Source of the DNA: Dehalococcoidia bacterium
GTDB taxonomy: Bacteria; Chloroflexota; Dehalococcoidia; Lucifugimonadales; UBA3495
Reading direction: 5' to 3'
Assembly (NCBI GenBank): GCA_963692995.1
Contig: OY843611.1
Span: 716,279 to 780,278, forward strand
DNA: 64,000 nucleotides
In this document: positions 49,400-58,022 of the stretch, one piece after another
Numbering within the stretch: the stretch's first letter is position 1
How the letters are laid out: every line of letters starts with the position of its first letter
Program-made: the position numbers and the translations under genes
Notes under the pieces: model-generated
What the model saw: only the letters and a program-made list of their open reading frames with translations
What the model was told of the DNA's origin: nothing
The model's database searches: none

Positions 49400-50329
49400 A
49401 TGCCCAACAATCTGGAAGGAAAGGTAGCCATCGTTACCGGCTCGGGGCGTGGCGTGGGTCGCGGCGTCGCCATGCTGATGGCCAAGGAAGGGGCCAAGGT
49501 TGTGGTGGTTGACCCCGGGGTCAATGTGGACGGCACGGGCTTTGACCAGTCCATAGCCGAGCTGGTGGTCGGCGAGATCCGCGACGCCGGCGGCACCGCC
49601 GTGGCCTGCGCCGAATCCGTTGCCACCATGGACGGCGGCGAGCGCATCGTGCAAACGGCCATCGACAACTTTGGCCGACTGGACATCGTGGTGTGCTGCG
49701 CCGGCATCCTGCGGGACCGCATGGTGTTCAACATGACCGAGCAGGAGTGGGATGATGTGATCGCAGTCCACCTGAAGGGCACCTTCACCGTGGTGAAACA
49801 CGCTTGCATCCTGTTTCGGCAGCAGCGATCCGGTCGGGTGATCACGTTCAGCAGCCAGTCCGGTTTGGTGGGCAACAGCGGCCAGGCTAACTACGGCGCG
49901 GCCAAGAGCGGCATCGCCGGCTTCACCAAGGTAGTCGCCAAGGATATGGGCCGCTACGGCGTGACGGCCAACTCCATCGCGCCGCGGGCCACCACGCGGA
50001 TGATCGGCGCGATTCCCGAGTCCGCCGCCGAGATCCGCGCCCGGGGCGGTGTGGCATCGCTGTCCGGCGATGGGGGTGGCGAGGTGCAAGATCTGGATCC
50101 CGAAGGCATCGCCCCCTTCGTCTGCTACCTGGCTACCGACCACGCTGCCAACATCAACGGGCAGACTTTCCTGGTGTACGGCAACACCGTATCCCTCATG
50201 TCCCAGCCCCGTCCCGAGAAGGCCATTTGGACCGAGGAAGGCCACTGGGACCTGGATGACCTGTCCAACCAGGCCCGCGGTTACCTGACCGCGGGTATCG
50301 TCAACCCGGCGCCGCCCCAGCAGCGATGA
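49400..50329 (+). CDS. SDR family oxidoreductase (MFE-2/HSD17B4-like)
   Basis: TGSGRGVG, AGILRDR and GQANYGAAK motifs. Confidence 0.95.
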   Translation: MPNNLEGKVAIVTGSGRGVGRGVAMLMAKEGAKVVVVDPGVNVDGTGFDQSIAELVVGEIRDAGGTAVACAESVATMDGGERIVQTAIDNFGRLDIVVCCAGILRDRMVFNMTEQEWDDVIAVHLKGTFTVVKHACILFRQQRSGRVITFSSQSGLVGNSGQANYGAAKSGIAGFTKVVAKDMGRYGVTANSIAPRATTRMIGAIPESAAEIRARGGVASLSGDGGGEVQDLDPEGIAPFVCYLATDHAANINGQTFLVYGNTVSLMSQPRPEKAIWTEEGHWDLDDLSNQARGYLTAGIVNPAPPQQR

Positions 50330-50342
50330 CCCCATACCTCCC

Positions 50343-50401
50343 GTCATTCCCGCTCATGGCGAGCTTGTCGAACCACCCGTCGTTCCCGCGAAAGCGGGAA
50401 T
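50343..50401. repeat. Composite REP-like element between the two SDR genes
   Basis: gtcattcccgc...gtcgttcccgcgaaagcgggaat. Confidence 0.75.
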
Positions 50402-50436
50402 AACGATGATCACACGAAATATACGAGGATAGAAAA

Positions 50437-51348
50437 ATGCCTCTACTGCAAGACAAAGTAGCGATCGTAACCGGCGGCGGGCGCGGCATCGGGCGTGGCG
50501 TATCCAAGCTGATGGCCCAGGAAGGCGCCAAAGTCGTGGTTTGCGACCTGGGCGTCAATGTGGACGGCACCGGAACGGACGTGTCGGTGGCCCAGCAGGT
50601 GGCGAACGAGATCGGCGAGGCTGGCGGCGCCGCCGTTGCCTGCACCGAATCGGTAGCGACCATGGACGGCGGCGAGAAGATAGTCCAGACTGCCATTGAT
50701 AACTTCGGCCAGCTGGATATCGTGGTCACCGTGGCGGGCATCCTGCGCGACCGCATGGTCTTCAACATGAGCGAAGAGGAATGGGACGACGTAATTGCCG
50801 TTCACCTGAAGGGCACCTTCACTGTGGTCAAGCACGCCAGCATCCTGTTTCGGCAGCAGCGTTCGGGCCGCATCATTACCTTCAGCAGCACTTCGGGGCT
50901 CTATGGCAACAGCGGGCAGGCCAACTACGGCGCGGCCAAGGACGGCATTGCCGGCTTCACGCGCGTCTGCGCCCGCGATCTGGGTCGCTACGGTGTGACG
51001 GCCAACGCCATATCGCCATCGGCCAGCACGCGGATGACCACCAGCGTGCCCGACGAGGCCCGCGCTTTGCGCTCGGCTCGGGGCATTGCCGCCGGTGGCG
51101 GGCTGCGTGGAGAGCCTGAGGACGTGGCCCCCATGGTGACCTGGCTGGCCTCTGCTGAAGCAGCGCACGTCAACGGCCACGTATTTCACGTGACCGGCGG
51201 ACTGGTAACGCTGCTGAACGAACCCGAGCCGGTGAAAACCATTCGCAAGGACACGCGCTGGAGCGTTGACGAGCTGGCCGCCGTATTTCCGGCCACCATC
51301 GGCCTCGAGCTGTACAATCCGGCGCCGGCGCCGCCGCCGACTGCTTAG
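50437..51348 (+). CDS. SDR family oxidoreductase, tandem paralog
   Basis: TGGGRGIG, AGILRDR and GQANYGAAK motifs. Long stretches are identical to the preceding SDR. Confidence 0.95.
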   Translation: MPLLQDKVAIVTGGGRGIGRGVSKLMAQEGAKVVVCDLGVNVDGTGTDVSVAQQVANEIGEAGGAAVACTESVATMDGGEKIVQTAIDNFGQLDIVVTVAGILRDRMVFNMSEEEWDDVIAVHLKGTFTVVKHASILFRQQRSGRIITFSSTSGLYGNSGQANYGAAKDGIAGFTRVCARDLGRYGVTANAISPSASTRMTTSVPDEARALRSARGIAAGGGLRGEPEDVAPMVTWLASAEAAHVNGHVFHVTGGLVTLLNEPEPVKTIRKDTRWSVDELAAVFPATIGLELYNPAPAPPPTA

Positions 51349-51427
51349 CCTGCCTTTCTGCTATAATCCGGCACGCTGGCCTTTTGGCGGCTATTGAACT
51401 GGGATCTCACAAGCGGAGGGTTTCGGC

Positions 51428-52351
51428 TTGGTACGCTTTATCCTGTTCCGAATCATTCAGGCCATCGCCACGTTGGTCGTTTTGAGCGCTGCCGTCTTCT
51501 TTGGCACCGACCTCACCGGCGATGCCGCCTTGGCCATGGCTCCGGGCGACGCGAAACCGTCGGAGATTGAGGCGATCCGCAGGAACCTGGGGCTGGACCG
51601 CCCGGTGGTGATCCGGTACTTCGATTATCTGGGCGGTTTGTTCGTGGGGGACTTTGGCCGTTCCTACAACAAGCGTCAGCCGGCCTTCGACATCGTGATG
51701 GAACGTATCCCCAACACGATACAGTTGGCGATATCGGCTTTGTTCATCGCCATCGCAGTGGGCATTCCGTTAGGCATTTTATCGGCGGTGAAACGGAACA
51801 GCATCCTGGACCGGCTGGGCAAGTCCTTCGCCATTCTGGGCATGTCCATGCCCCAATTCTGGCTGGCAATCATTCTGATGTGGATATTCGCGGTAGAGTT
51901 ACATCTGTTACCGACCTTCGGCAAGGAGGGTCTGAACCCGCGCTACTTCGTCATTCCGGCCTTTTCCATCGCGGTGTTTACCATGGCCGGCTTCATGCGT
52001 CTGACCCGCTCGGCCATGTTGGAAGTGCTGGATAGCGAATACGTGAAGTTTGCTCGCATCAAGGGTCTGGCGGAGCAGTTGGTCATCTTCAAGCACGCTC
52101 TGAAAAACGCGGTGATTCCAGTGCTGACCTTCGGGGGCATCAGCTTCGCCGGACTGCTCAACGGCTCTATCGTGGTGGAGGTCATCTTCTCCTGGCCCGG
52201 GCTGGGCCTGCTGATGCTGGAAGGCATCCGTACCCGCGATGTGCCCATAATCGAAGCAACCATTCTGACGTCGGGTTTCCTCTACATCCTCATGTCCACA
52301 TTAGTTGACATTGCCTACGCCTACGTGGACCCGCGTATCCGGTACGGCTAG
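51428..52351 (+). CDS. Peptide/nickel ABC transporter permease (DppB-like)
   Basis: LGLDRP, GDFGRS, EYVKFARIKGL, KHALKNA and VDPRIR motifs. Confidence 0.95.
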   Translation: MVRFILFRIIQAIATLVVLSAAVFFGTDLTGDAALAMAPGDAKPSEIEAIRRNLGLDRPVVIRYFDYLGGLFVGDFGRSYNKRQPAFDIVMERIPNTIQLAISALFIAIAVGIPLGILSAVKRNSILDRLGKSFAILGMSMPQFWLAIILMWIFAVELHLLPTFGKEGLNPRYFVIPAFSIAVFTMAGFMRLTRSAMLEVLDSEYVKFARIKGLAEQLVIFKHALKNAVIPVLTFGGISFAGLLNGSIVVEVIFSWPGLGLLMLEGIRTRDVPIIEATILTSGFLYILMSTLVDIAYAYVDPRIRYG

Positions 52352-52491
52352 AGACTGTCAACAAACTTCGTCATTCCGGCGAGTGCAAGATATGGCAAAC
52401 TTTTTGCTGGCAGTGATTGTCCAGGGTTCCCGCTTTCGCAAGAACGGCAGGGTAATTTTGCAGATGCTAACCGGCCCCAGGAGCAACTAAC

Positions 52492-53382
52492 TTGGCAACG
52501 CAAGAATTGGCAACTCCGGCGCCGGTCGCCAATCCGGCAACGCGCGCGATGCGTAAAGTGCGGGAACTGCGCCTGCCGTGGATACCGATTTTCGTCCTTG
52601 TACTGCTGGTGGTTTGCGCGGTATTCGCGCCGCTGCTGTCGCCCCATGACCCGGAACGGCTGAACAAACGCGACCTAGAAGTCGCGCCCTTTGAGAACTC
52701 CAAATTCCTGCTGGGAACCGACAAGGCGGGCAAGGACGTCCTGAGCCGCCTGATTTACGGGGCGCGCACCTCCGTATTCATCAGTCTGGTGGCATTGGGC
52801 ACCGGCGCAATCATCGGCAGTTCCCTGGGGGTGATTTCCGGCTACTACGGCGGGCGAGTTGACATTGTGCTGATGCGGCTGGTGGACGCCGTGCTGGGGT
52901 TTCCAACGGTGCTGCTGGCGCTGATTATCGTTGCCATCGCCGGCGGCGCCGGCATTGGCAACGTGATTGTGGCGGTGGCGGCCACCGTGTGGGCGAGGTT
53001 CGCCCGACAGGCCCGAGGCGAGGTGCTGAGCATCAAGGAGCGAGACTTCGTGACGCTGGCAATCGTGGCTGGCGTTTCTCCTCCGGTGATCATGTGGCGG
53101 CACATTTTCCCTAACGTCATCAATACGGTGCTCATCGTCATCAGCCTGCTGGTGGGACAGACCATCCTGCTGGAAGCCTCGTTGAGTTTCCTGGGCGTGG
53201 GCGTACCCCCCGGGGATCCGGCCTGGGGGATCATGGTGTCCGAAGGTCGGGACCAGATCATCGACATCTGGTGGCTGGCCCTTTTCCCCGGCGTGGCTAT
53301 TACCATCGTCGTGATGGCGATGAACTTCTTCGGCGACTGGCTGCGGGATACCCTGGATCCCCGGCTGCGGCGGACGCGGTAG
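52492..53382 (+). CDS. Peptide/nickel ABC transporter permease (DppC-like)
   Basis: LLGTDKAGKDVLSRLIYGAR, RHIFPN, LSFLGVG and GDWLRDTLDP motifs. Confidence 0.95.
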   Translation: MATQELATPAPVANPATRAMRKVRELRLPWIPIFVLVLLVVCAVFAPLLSPHDPERLNKRDLEVAPFENSKFLLGTDKAGKDVLSRLIYGARTSVFISLVALGTGAIIGSSLGVISGYYGGRVDIVLMRLVDAVLGFPTVLLALIIVAIAGGAGIGNVIVAVAATVWARFARQARGEVLSIKERDFVTLAIVAGVSPPVIMWRHIFPNVINTVLIVISLLVGQTILLEASLSFLGVGVPPGDPAWGIMVSEGRDQIIDIWWLALFPGVAITIVVMAMNFFGDWLRDTLDPRLRRTR

Positions 53383-53397
53383 CCGGCCGGCAACAAC

Positions 53398-53457
53398 GGT
53401 GGGCGAATCCGGGGTGGGCGAATCCGGGGTGGGCGAATCCAGGGTGATCGGATCCGG
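53398..53457. repeat. 15-bp tandem repeat (ggtgggcgaatcc(g/a)g x3 plus one degenerate unit)
   Basis: Read directly after the dppC stop. Confidence 0.85.
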
Positions 53458-53596
53458 CGCTAGGGTCAGTTCGCCCCTTTGCCAGATGAGGGGAAATGCC
53501 TAGAGGGCGAGGGCAAGGACTCGGCGCTACGGCCAGAGAGCGCTTTTGCGGGTTGAAGTCCTAGGTTTGCGCGTGCGAACCGCCCCGGCGCCCGCC

Positions 53597-53682
53597 TGGA
53601 TTCCCGCTTTCGCGGGAATGACGGGGTTGAAAGTGGGAATGACAGGGTTGCAAGCGGGAGTGGGGGGTGTAGCCGGGAGTGG
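53597..53682. repeat. REP-like palindrome with a decaying ~20-bp tandem tail
   Basis: ggattcccgctttcgcgggaatgac, then gtgggaatgac, gcgggagtggg and ccgggagtggc. Confidence 0.85.
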
Positions 53683-53718
53683 CGATTGGGAAGTCATTAG
53701 ACTGCAACGGGAGGCATT

Positions 53719-55706
53719 TTGGCAATTACAGAATTGGAAATCACCAAACGCACCAGTTTCGCGTCCGGCGAGAGCTTCGGCGACGTTGGCCCCTACGAAC
53801 TCCTGGAGGGCACGGCTTATTACGCAGTGGACCCGTGGCACGCACGAAACCAGGGGATAACCGACTTGGAGCTGGCGCCCCGCAATTCCGTGGGAATGGT
53901 CGAGTTTTCGGCTGACTTCGCCATGCTACAGCCGGCGAACATCGACCGCGGCAACCGCCGCATTCTGTTCGACGTGGTTAACCGCGGGCGCAAGACCGCC
54001 CTGAGCCTGAACAGCGTCCCCACGGCTAACGACCCCACCGCTCCCCTGGAGGCCGGCAACGGCTACCTGATGCGTCGAGGCTACACGGTGGTCTGGGGCG
54101 GCTGGCAAGCCGACGTGCCGCCCACGCCCGGCCTCATCGGGCTGCACGGGCCGGAAGCCATTGGCCCCCAGGGGCCCTTGTCCGGCAAGATTATGTGCCA
54201 GTTCCAATGCAACGAGGCCACCCAGGTGTTCCTGCTGGCGGACCGCAGCACCGGCCCAACCCCGCCGCGGACCCCGACGAAGCCGAGGCTACCCTGACGG
54301 TGCGCGACCTGCCCAACAGTCCCGCTACCTCCGTTGATCGCAGCCGGTGGTCCTTCGTTAGAGTCGAGGATGCGGACCTGGAGCCCCAACACAGCCACAT
54401 CTACATGCCTTCCGGGTTTGAGCCGGGCCGGATTTATCAGCTGGTGTACACTACCACCGGCAGCCGGATCGTGGGACTGGGGTTCGCCGCCATGCGGGAT
54501 GCGGTGTCGTTCCTTAAACACGCGCCGGCGTCGGCGGGCAACCCCTGCGCCGGGTCGATCGACTACGCTTACGCCATGGGCCGTTCCCAAAGCGGCCGTT
54601 TCCTGCGTCAATACATCCACGTGGGTATCAACGAGGACGAAGGAGACCGGCCGGCTCTGGATGGGATCATGCCTCACGTGGCCGGCGGGATGCGCGGCGA
54701 GTTCAACCTGCGCTTCGGGCAACCCTCCAAGGACGTTTGCTACATCATCCCCGAGATGTTCCCTTTTACCGACACTCCGCAGCGGGATCCGGTCACCGGC
54801 GCTCAGGGTTCCTTGCTGGACGCGCTGGAACGACGGGGCGGGGCTCCCAAGATAATGTTCACCAACACCTCGGCCGAGTACTGGCGCGGGGACGCGGCCC
54901 TGATTCACACCTACCTGGAAACCCTCAGCGACGCTCCGGAATCGCCCTCGGTGCGTCGCTACCACTTCGCCGGTTGTCAGCACGGCTCAGGCGAGTTCCC
55001 CCCGCTGGAAATCCGCAGTAATGACGGGATTAAAGGGCAGCTGCCCTTCAACAGCGTGGACTATGCCCCGCTGTTGCGGGCCGCGTTGGACAACCTGGAC
55101 CGTTGGGTCACTACCGGCGAAGAACCCCCGGCCAGTCGCCATCCCAGCCTGGGCGACGGCACGGCAGTGGAATCTCATACGCTGCTGGAGCGGTTTGCCC
55201 AACTCCCCAAGGTGCGGATCCCGACCCAGTCCACCCGGGCGATACGGCTGGACTATGGCCCAGAGTCGCACCTGGGGCGCACCACCAAATTGCCGGCCGA
55301 GGAGGGAGCGGAATTCCCAGCGTTGGTAGCCGACCTTGACGAGTCCTTCAACGAGCGTGGCGGCATCCGCCTGCCGGACCTGACTGTTCCAGTGGCCACT
55401 TACACCGGCTGGAACTTGCGCGACGAAAGCATCGGCAACCCGAATCTCTTCATCGGGATAACCGGCGGACTGGCCGGCTGGACGCTTCCCTTGCCCGCGA
55501 CGCGGGCCCAGCGTGACGCGGCCGGCGATCCTCGAGCGTCCATAGAGGAACGCTACTCCAGCCGAGAGGACTATCTGGATCAGGTGACCGGCGCGGCGCT
55601 GGACCTGGTGGCAGAGCGTTACCTTCTGGAGGAAGATGTGGCAGAGGTTGTGGAACTGGCGGGAAAGAAGTACGACTATTGGGCCGGGGATGACGGGCAG
55701 TGTTGA
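53719..55706 (+). pseudogene. Alpha/beta-hydrolase-domain protein split by a 1-nt frameshift near 54246 (true lesion or sequencing error)
   Basis: ORF 53719..54297 (GESFGDVGPYE, DVVNRG) continues in ORF 54195..55706 (GRSQSGRFLR nucleophile elbow, SAEYW). Adding one base at gaccgc^agcac joins them. Confidence 0.8.
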
Positions 55707-55802
55707 GATCGCCGGCCCGTCCAGGGATTGCGGTGAAAACCTCGTGCACTAGCGACCATCGAGATTATCGGCCATTGAGACTATGTACCGAGGAGGGACA
55801 TC

Positions 55803-56180
55803 GTGCCTTTGCAATTGGACCACACAATCGTACCCGCCTACGACAAGGTAAAGTCTGCGGAGTTCATCGCCCGCCTGTTCGGACTGAAGTACGAAGGGCC
55901 GTGGGGCCACTTCGCTCCGGTGAAGGTCAACGACATACTGACGCTGGATTTCGACGACTCGGACAACCCGCGATCCAATCACTACGCCTTTTTGGCTTCG
56001 GACGAAGAGTTTGACGGGATCCTGCAGCGCGTCAAGGAGGAGGGTGTCGTATTCGGGAGCGGCCCGCGCTCGCGCACGGATGGGCAGATCAACCACCTTC
56101 ACCAGGGTCGTGGGTTCTACTTCGAGTGCGAAAACGGGCACGTTTGGGAGGTTATCACCCACACGTACATAACCGATTAG
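55803..56180 (+). CDS. VOC/glyoxalase family protein
   Basis: LDHTIV, HYAF, GRGFYF and GHVWEVIT motifs. Confidence 0.92.
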   Translation: MPLQLDHTIVPAYDKVKSAEFIARLFGLKYEGPWGHFAPVKVNDILTLDFDDSDNPRSNHYAFLASDEEFDGILQRVKEEGVVFGSGPRSRTDGQINHLHQGRGFYFECENGHVWEVITHTYITD

Positions 56181-56201
56181 GGGCGCGAGCTAAATTATCT
56201 G

Positions 56202-56295
56202 GTCATTCCGGCAGGCGCAGAAATCCAGGCATTGCCATAGCCCAATCGCTCGCAGCGGCAAGCGATTGTGGATTCCCGCTTGCGTGGGAATGACG
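56202..56295. repeat. Inverted pair of REP-like palindromes
   Basis: gtcattccggcaggcgcagaaatcc ... ggattcccgcttgcgtgggaatgac. Confidence 0.85.
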
Positions 56296-56384
56296 GAAAT
56301 GGGACGGTGTGGCGCTCTTTTCGGGCAATCTTCCGTGGCGGCAACGTATCGCCAGCGGTGATAGCAGTATGGCGCCGGTATACC

Positions 56385-56414
56385 TTGACAAAATATCGGG
56401 ACAAACCGCAGAAT
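56385..56414 (+). promoter_or_regulatory. Putative sigma70 promoter upstream of the ferredoxin
   Basis: TTGACA-N18-CAGAAT. Confidence 0.5.
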
Positions 56415-56504
56415 ATGGGCCATTAACGGGCGCTTTACCGGTCAGGCCAGTCGCTGGGCCGACGGACAAGTGACTGTGATTGCGCCCGTGGCCGAGGTAG
56501 TCTG

Positions 56505-56750
56505 ATGGCATTCGTGATTACACAACCCTGTGAGGGAGTGAAGGACGCCTCGTGCGTTGATGTTTGCCCCGTGGATTGCATCCATTCGGACGACGATGCG
56601 CCGATGTACTATATCAATCCCGACGATTGCATCGACTGCGCCTATTGCGTCGCGGTCTGCCCGGTTTCGGCGATATTTGACGAGTTCACGGTGCCGCCCG
56701 ACCAACGCGAATACGTCCGCATTAACCGGCTCTACTTCGCGTCCCGTTAG
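56505..56750 (+). CDS. Dicluster (7Fe-type) ferredoxin
   Basis: CEGVKDASCVDVCPVDC and CIDCAYCVAVCP motifs. Confidence 0.95.
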   Translation: MAFVITQPCEGVKDASCVDVCPVDCIHSDDDAPMYYINPDDCIDCAYCVAVCPVSAIFDEFTVPPDQREYVRINRLYFASR

Positions 56751-56776
56751 ATTCCTCGCTCGCGTTTTTTGCCAAG

Positions 56777-57730
56777 ATGGCCCGTTTTCTCACCGACGCC
56801 GACGTTAACCGGTGCGTCAGTTTGCCGGATCTGACGCCGGCCGTTGAAGAGATGCTGGTCAACTATGGCCGCGGCGACGCGATTAACCTGACCCGACGCA
56901 AAATTGCCGCGCCCGGCGGATACCTGGCCGTAATGGGCGGCGCGCTGCTCTACGGCGACGTCCTTGGTGTAAAGACCTTCACCCACACCGAGCAGGGCTA
57001 CTCCTTCCAGGTGAGCTTGTATGATGCCGTGTCGGGACGCCTGCTGCTCTACACCCAGGCCAACCGCCTGGGGCAACTCCGCACCGGCGCGACCACCGCC
57101 GTCGCCATCAAGCATCTGTCCAATCCGGACGTTGCGCGTCTGGGCATAATCGGCACGGGGAATCAGGCCGGCGACCAATTGCGAGCCGCCTGCGCCGTGC
57201 GCGAGGTTGGTGAGATATACGCCTACAGCAGGAACGCCGGCAACCGTCGCGCCTTCGCCGACCGTATGGCCGCCGAGCTGGGCCGTCCGGTTATTGCGGC
57301 GGCCGACAATCGGGGGGCGGTGGACGGCTGCTCCGTTGTCATCGGCATCGCATCGGCTCAGACGCCCGTGGTCAGAGGCGAATGGCTGGGCAATGGCGCG
57401 ACGGTTATCGGAGCCGGGCCGACCAGCCTCCGTCACCAGGAGGTTGACTCCGGCGTGTTGACCAGGGCCGGCCGGAAGTTCGTTGATTCGCTGGATCAGG
57501 CGCCTCTGGAATGTGGCGACATCGCCGCCGCCGTGGATCAAGGGCTGGTGCAGTGGAGCCAGTTTCTGGAACTGCGCCACGCGGTGGCCGGAGCCGTACC
57601 GGGGCGAACTCACCCGGATGAAGTAGTCTATTGCAAGCTGATGGGAACCGGCGTTGCCGACGTGGCGGCGGCCCGGCTGGTGTGGGAGCGAGCCGAGGCG
57701 CTGGGCGTCGGGCTTGAGATGGACTGGTAG
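56777..57730 (+). CDS. Ornithine cyclodeaminase / mu-crystallin family protein
   Basis: GVK, LRTGA, IGTGNQA and GTGVAD motifs. Confidence 0.92.
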   Translation: MARFLTDADVNRCVSLPDLTPAVEEMLVNYGRGDAINLTRRKIAAPGGYLAVMGGALLYGDVLGVKTFTHTEQGYSFQVSLYDAVSGRLLLYTQANRLGQLRTGATTAVAIKHLSNPDVARLGIIGTGNQAGDQLRAACAVREVGEIYAYSRNAGNRRAFADRMAAELGRPVIAAADNRGAVDGCSVVIGIASAQTPVVRGEWLGNGATVIGAGPTSLRHQEVDSGVLTRAGRKFVDSLDQAPLECGDIAAAVDQGLVQWSQFLELRHAVAGAVPGRTHPDEVVYCKLMGTGVADVAAARLVWERAEALGVGLEMDW

Positions 57731-57997
57731 AGGCAACCCTTGCGTTTGCCCGGTTGTTGCGCGACGAGTGAGGGCGGGTTTCAAACCCGCCCCCAGGAAT
57801 TGCGTCTGACGGTGGGGAAAGGGTCTGCCAGGCCGTGTTTGCAAACTCCGTTATTCCCGCCTCCGTCATTCCCGCGCCTCCGTCATTCCCGCGAAAGCGG
57901 GAATCCAGCGAGTGCAAAATAAGGCCAGCTTTCCGCTGCCGGTGATTTTCCGGGTTCCCGCTTGCGCGGGAATGACGGTGAGAGCAGGAACGACGGT
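57727..57997. repeat. Cluster of GTAG-type and GTCATTCCC-type REP-like elements between convergent genes
   Basis: gggcgggtttcaaacccgccc (57772-57792), two partial units before gtcattcccgcgaaagcgggaatcc, and an inverted copy near 57952. Confidence 0.88.
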
Positions 57998-58022
57998 GTG
58001 ATTTCCAGTTTGTACACAGTCT

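Noticed and set aside
54230-54260. Programmed ribosomal frameshift in the hydrolase gene
   Set aside because: No slippery sequence or evident stimulatory structure at the junction.
56418-56497. SRP RNA or tRNA-Sec
   Set aside because: It has a UCAGG but lacks the GNRA loop and AGCAG of SRP, and shows no cloverleaf or UCA anticodon arm.
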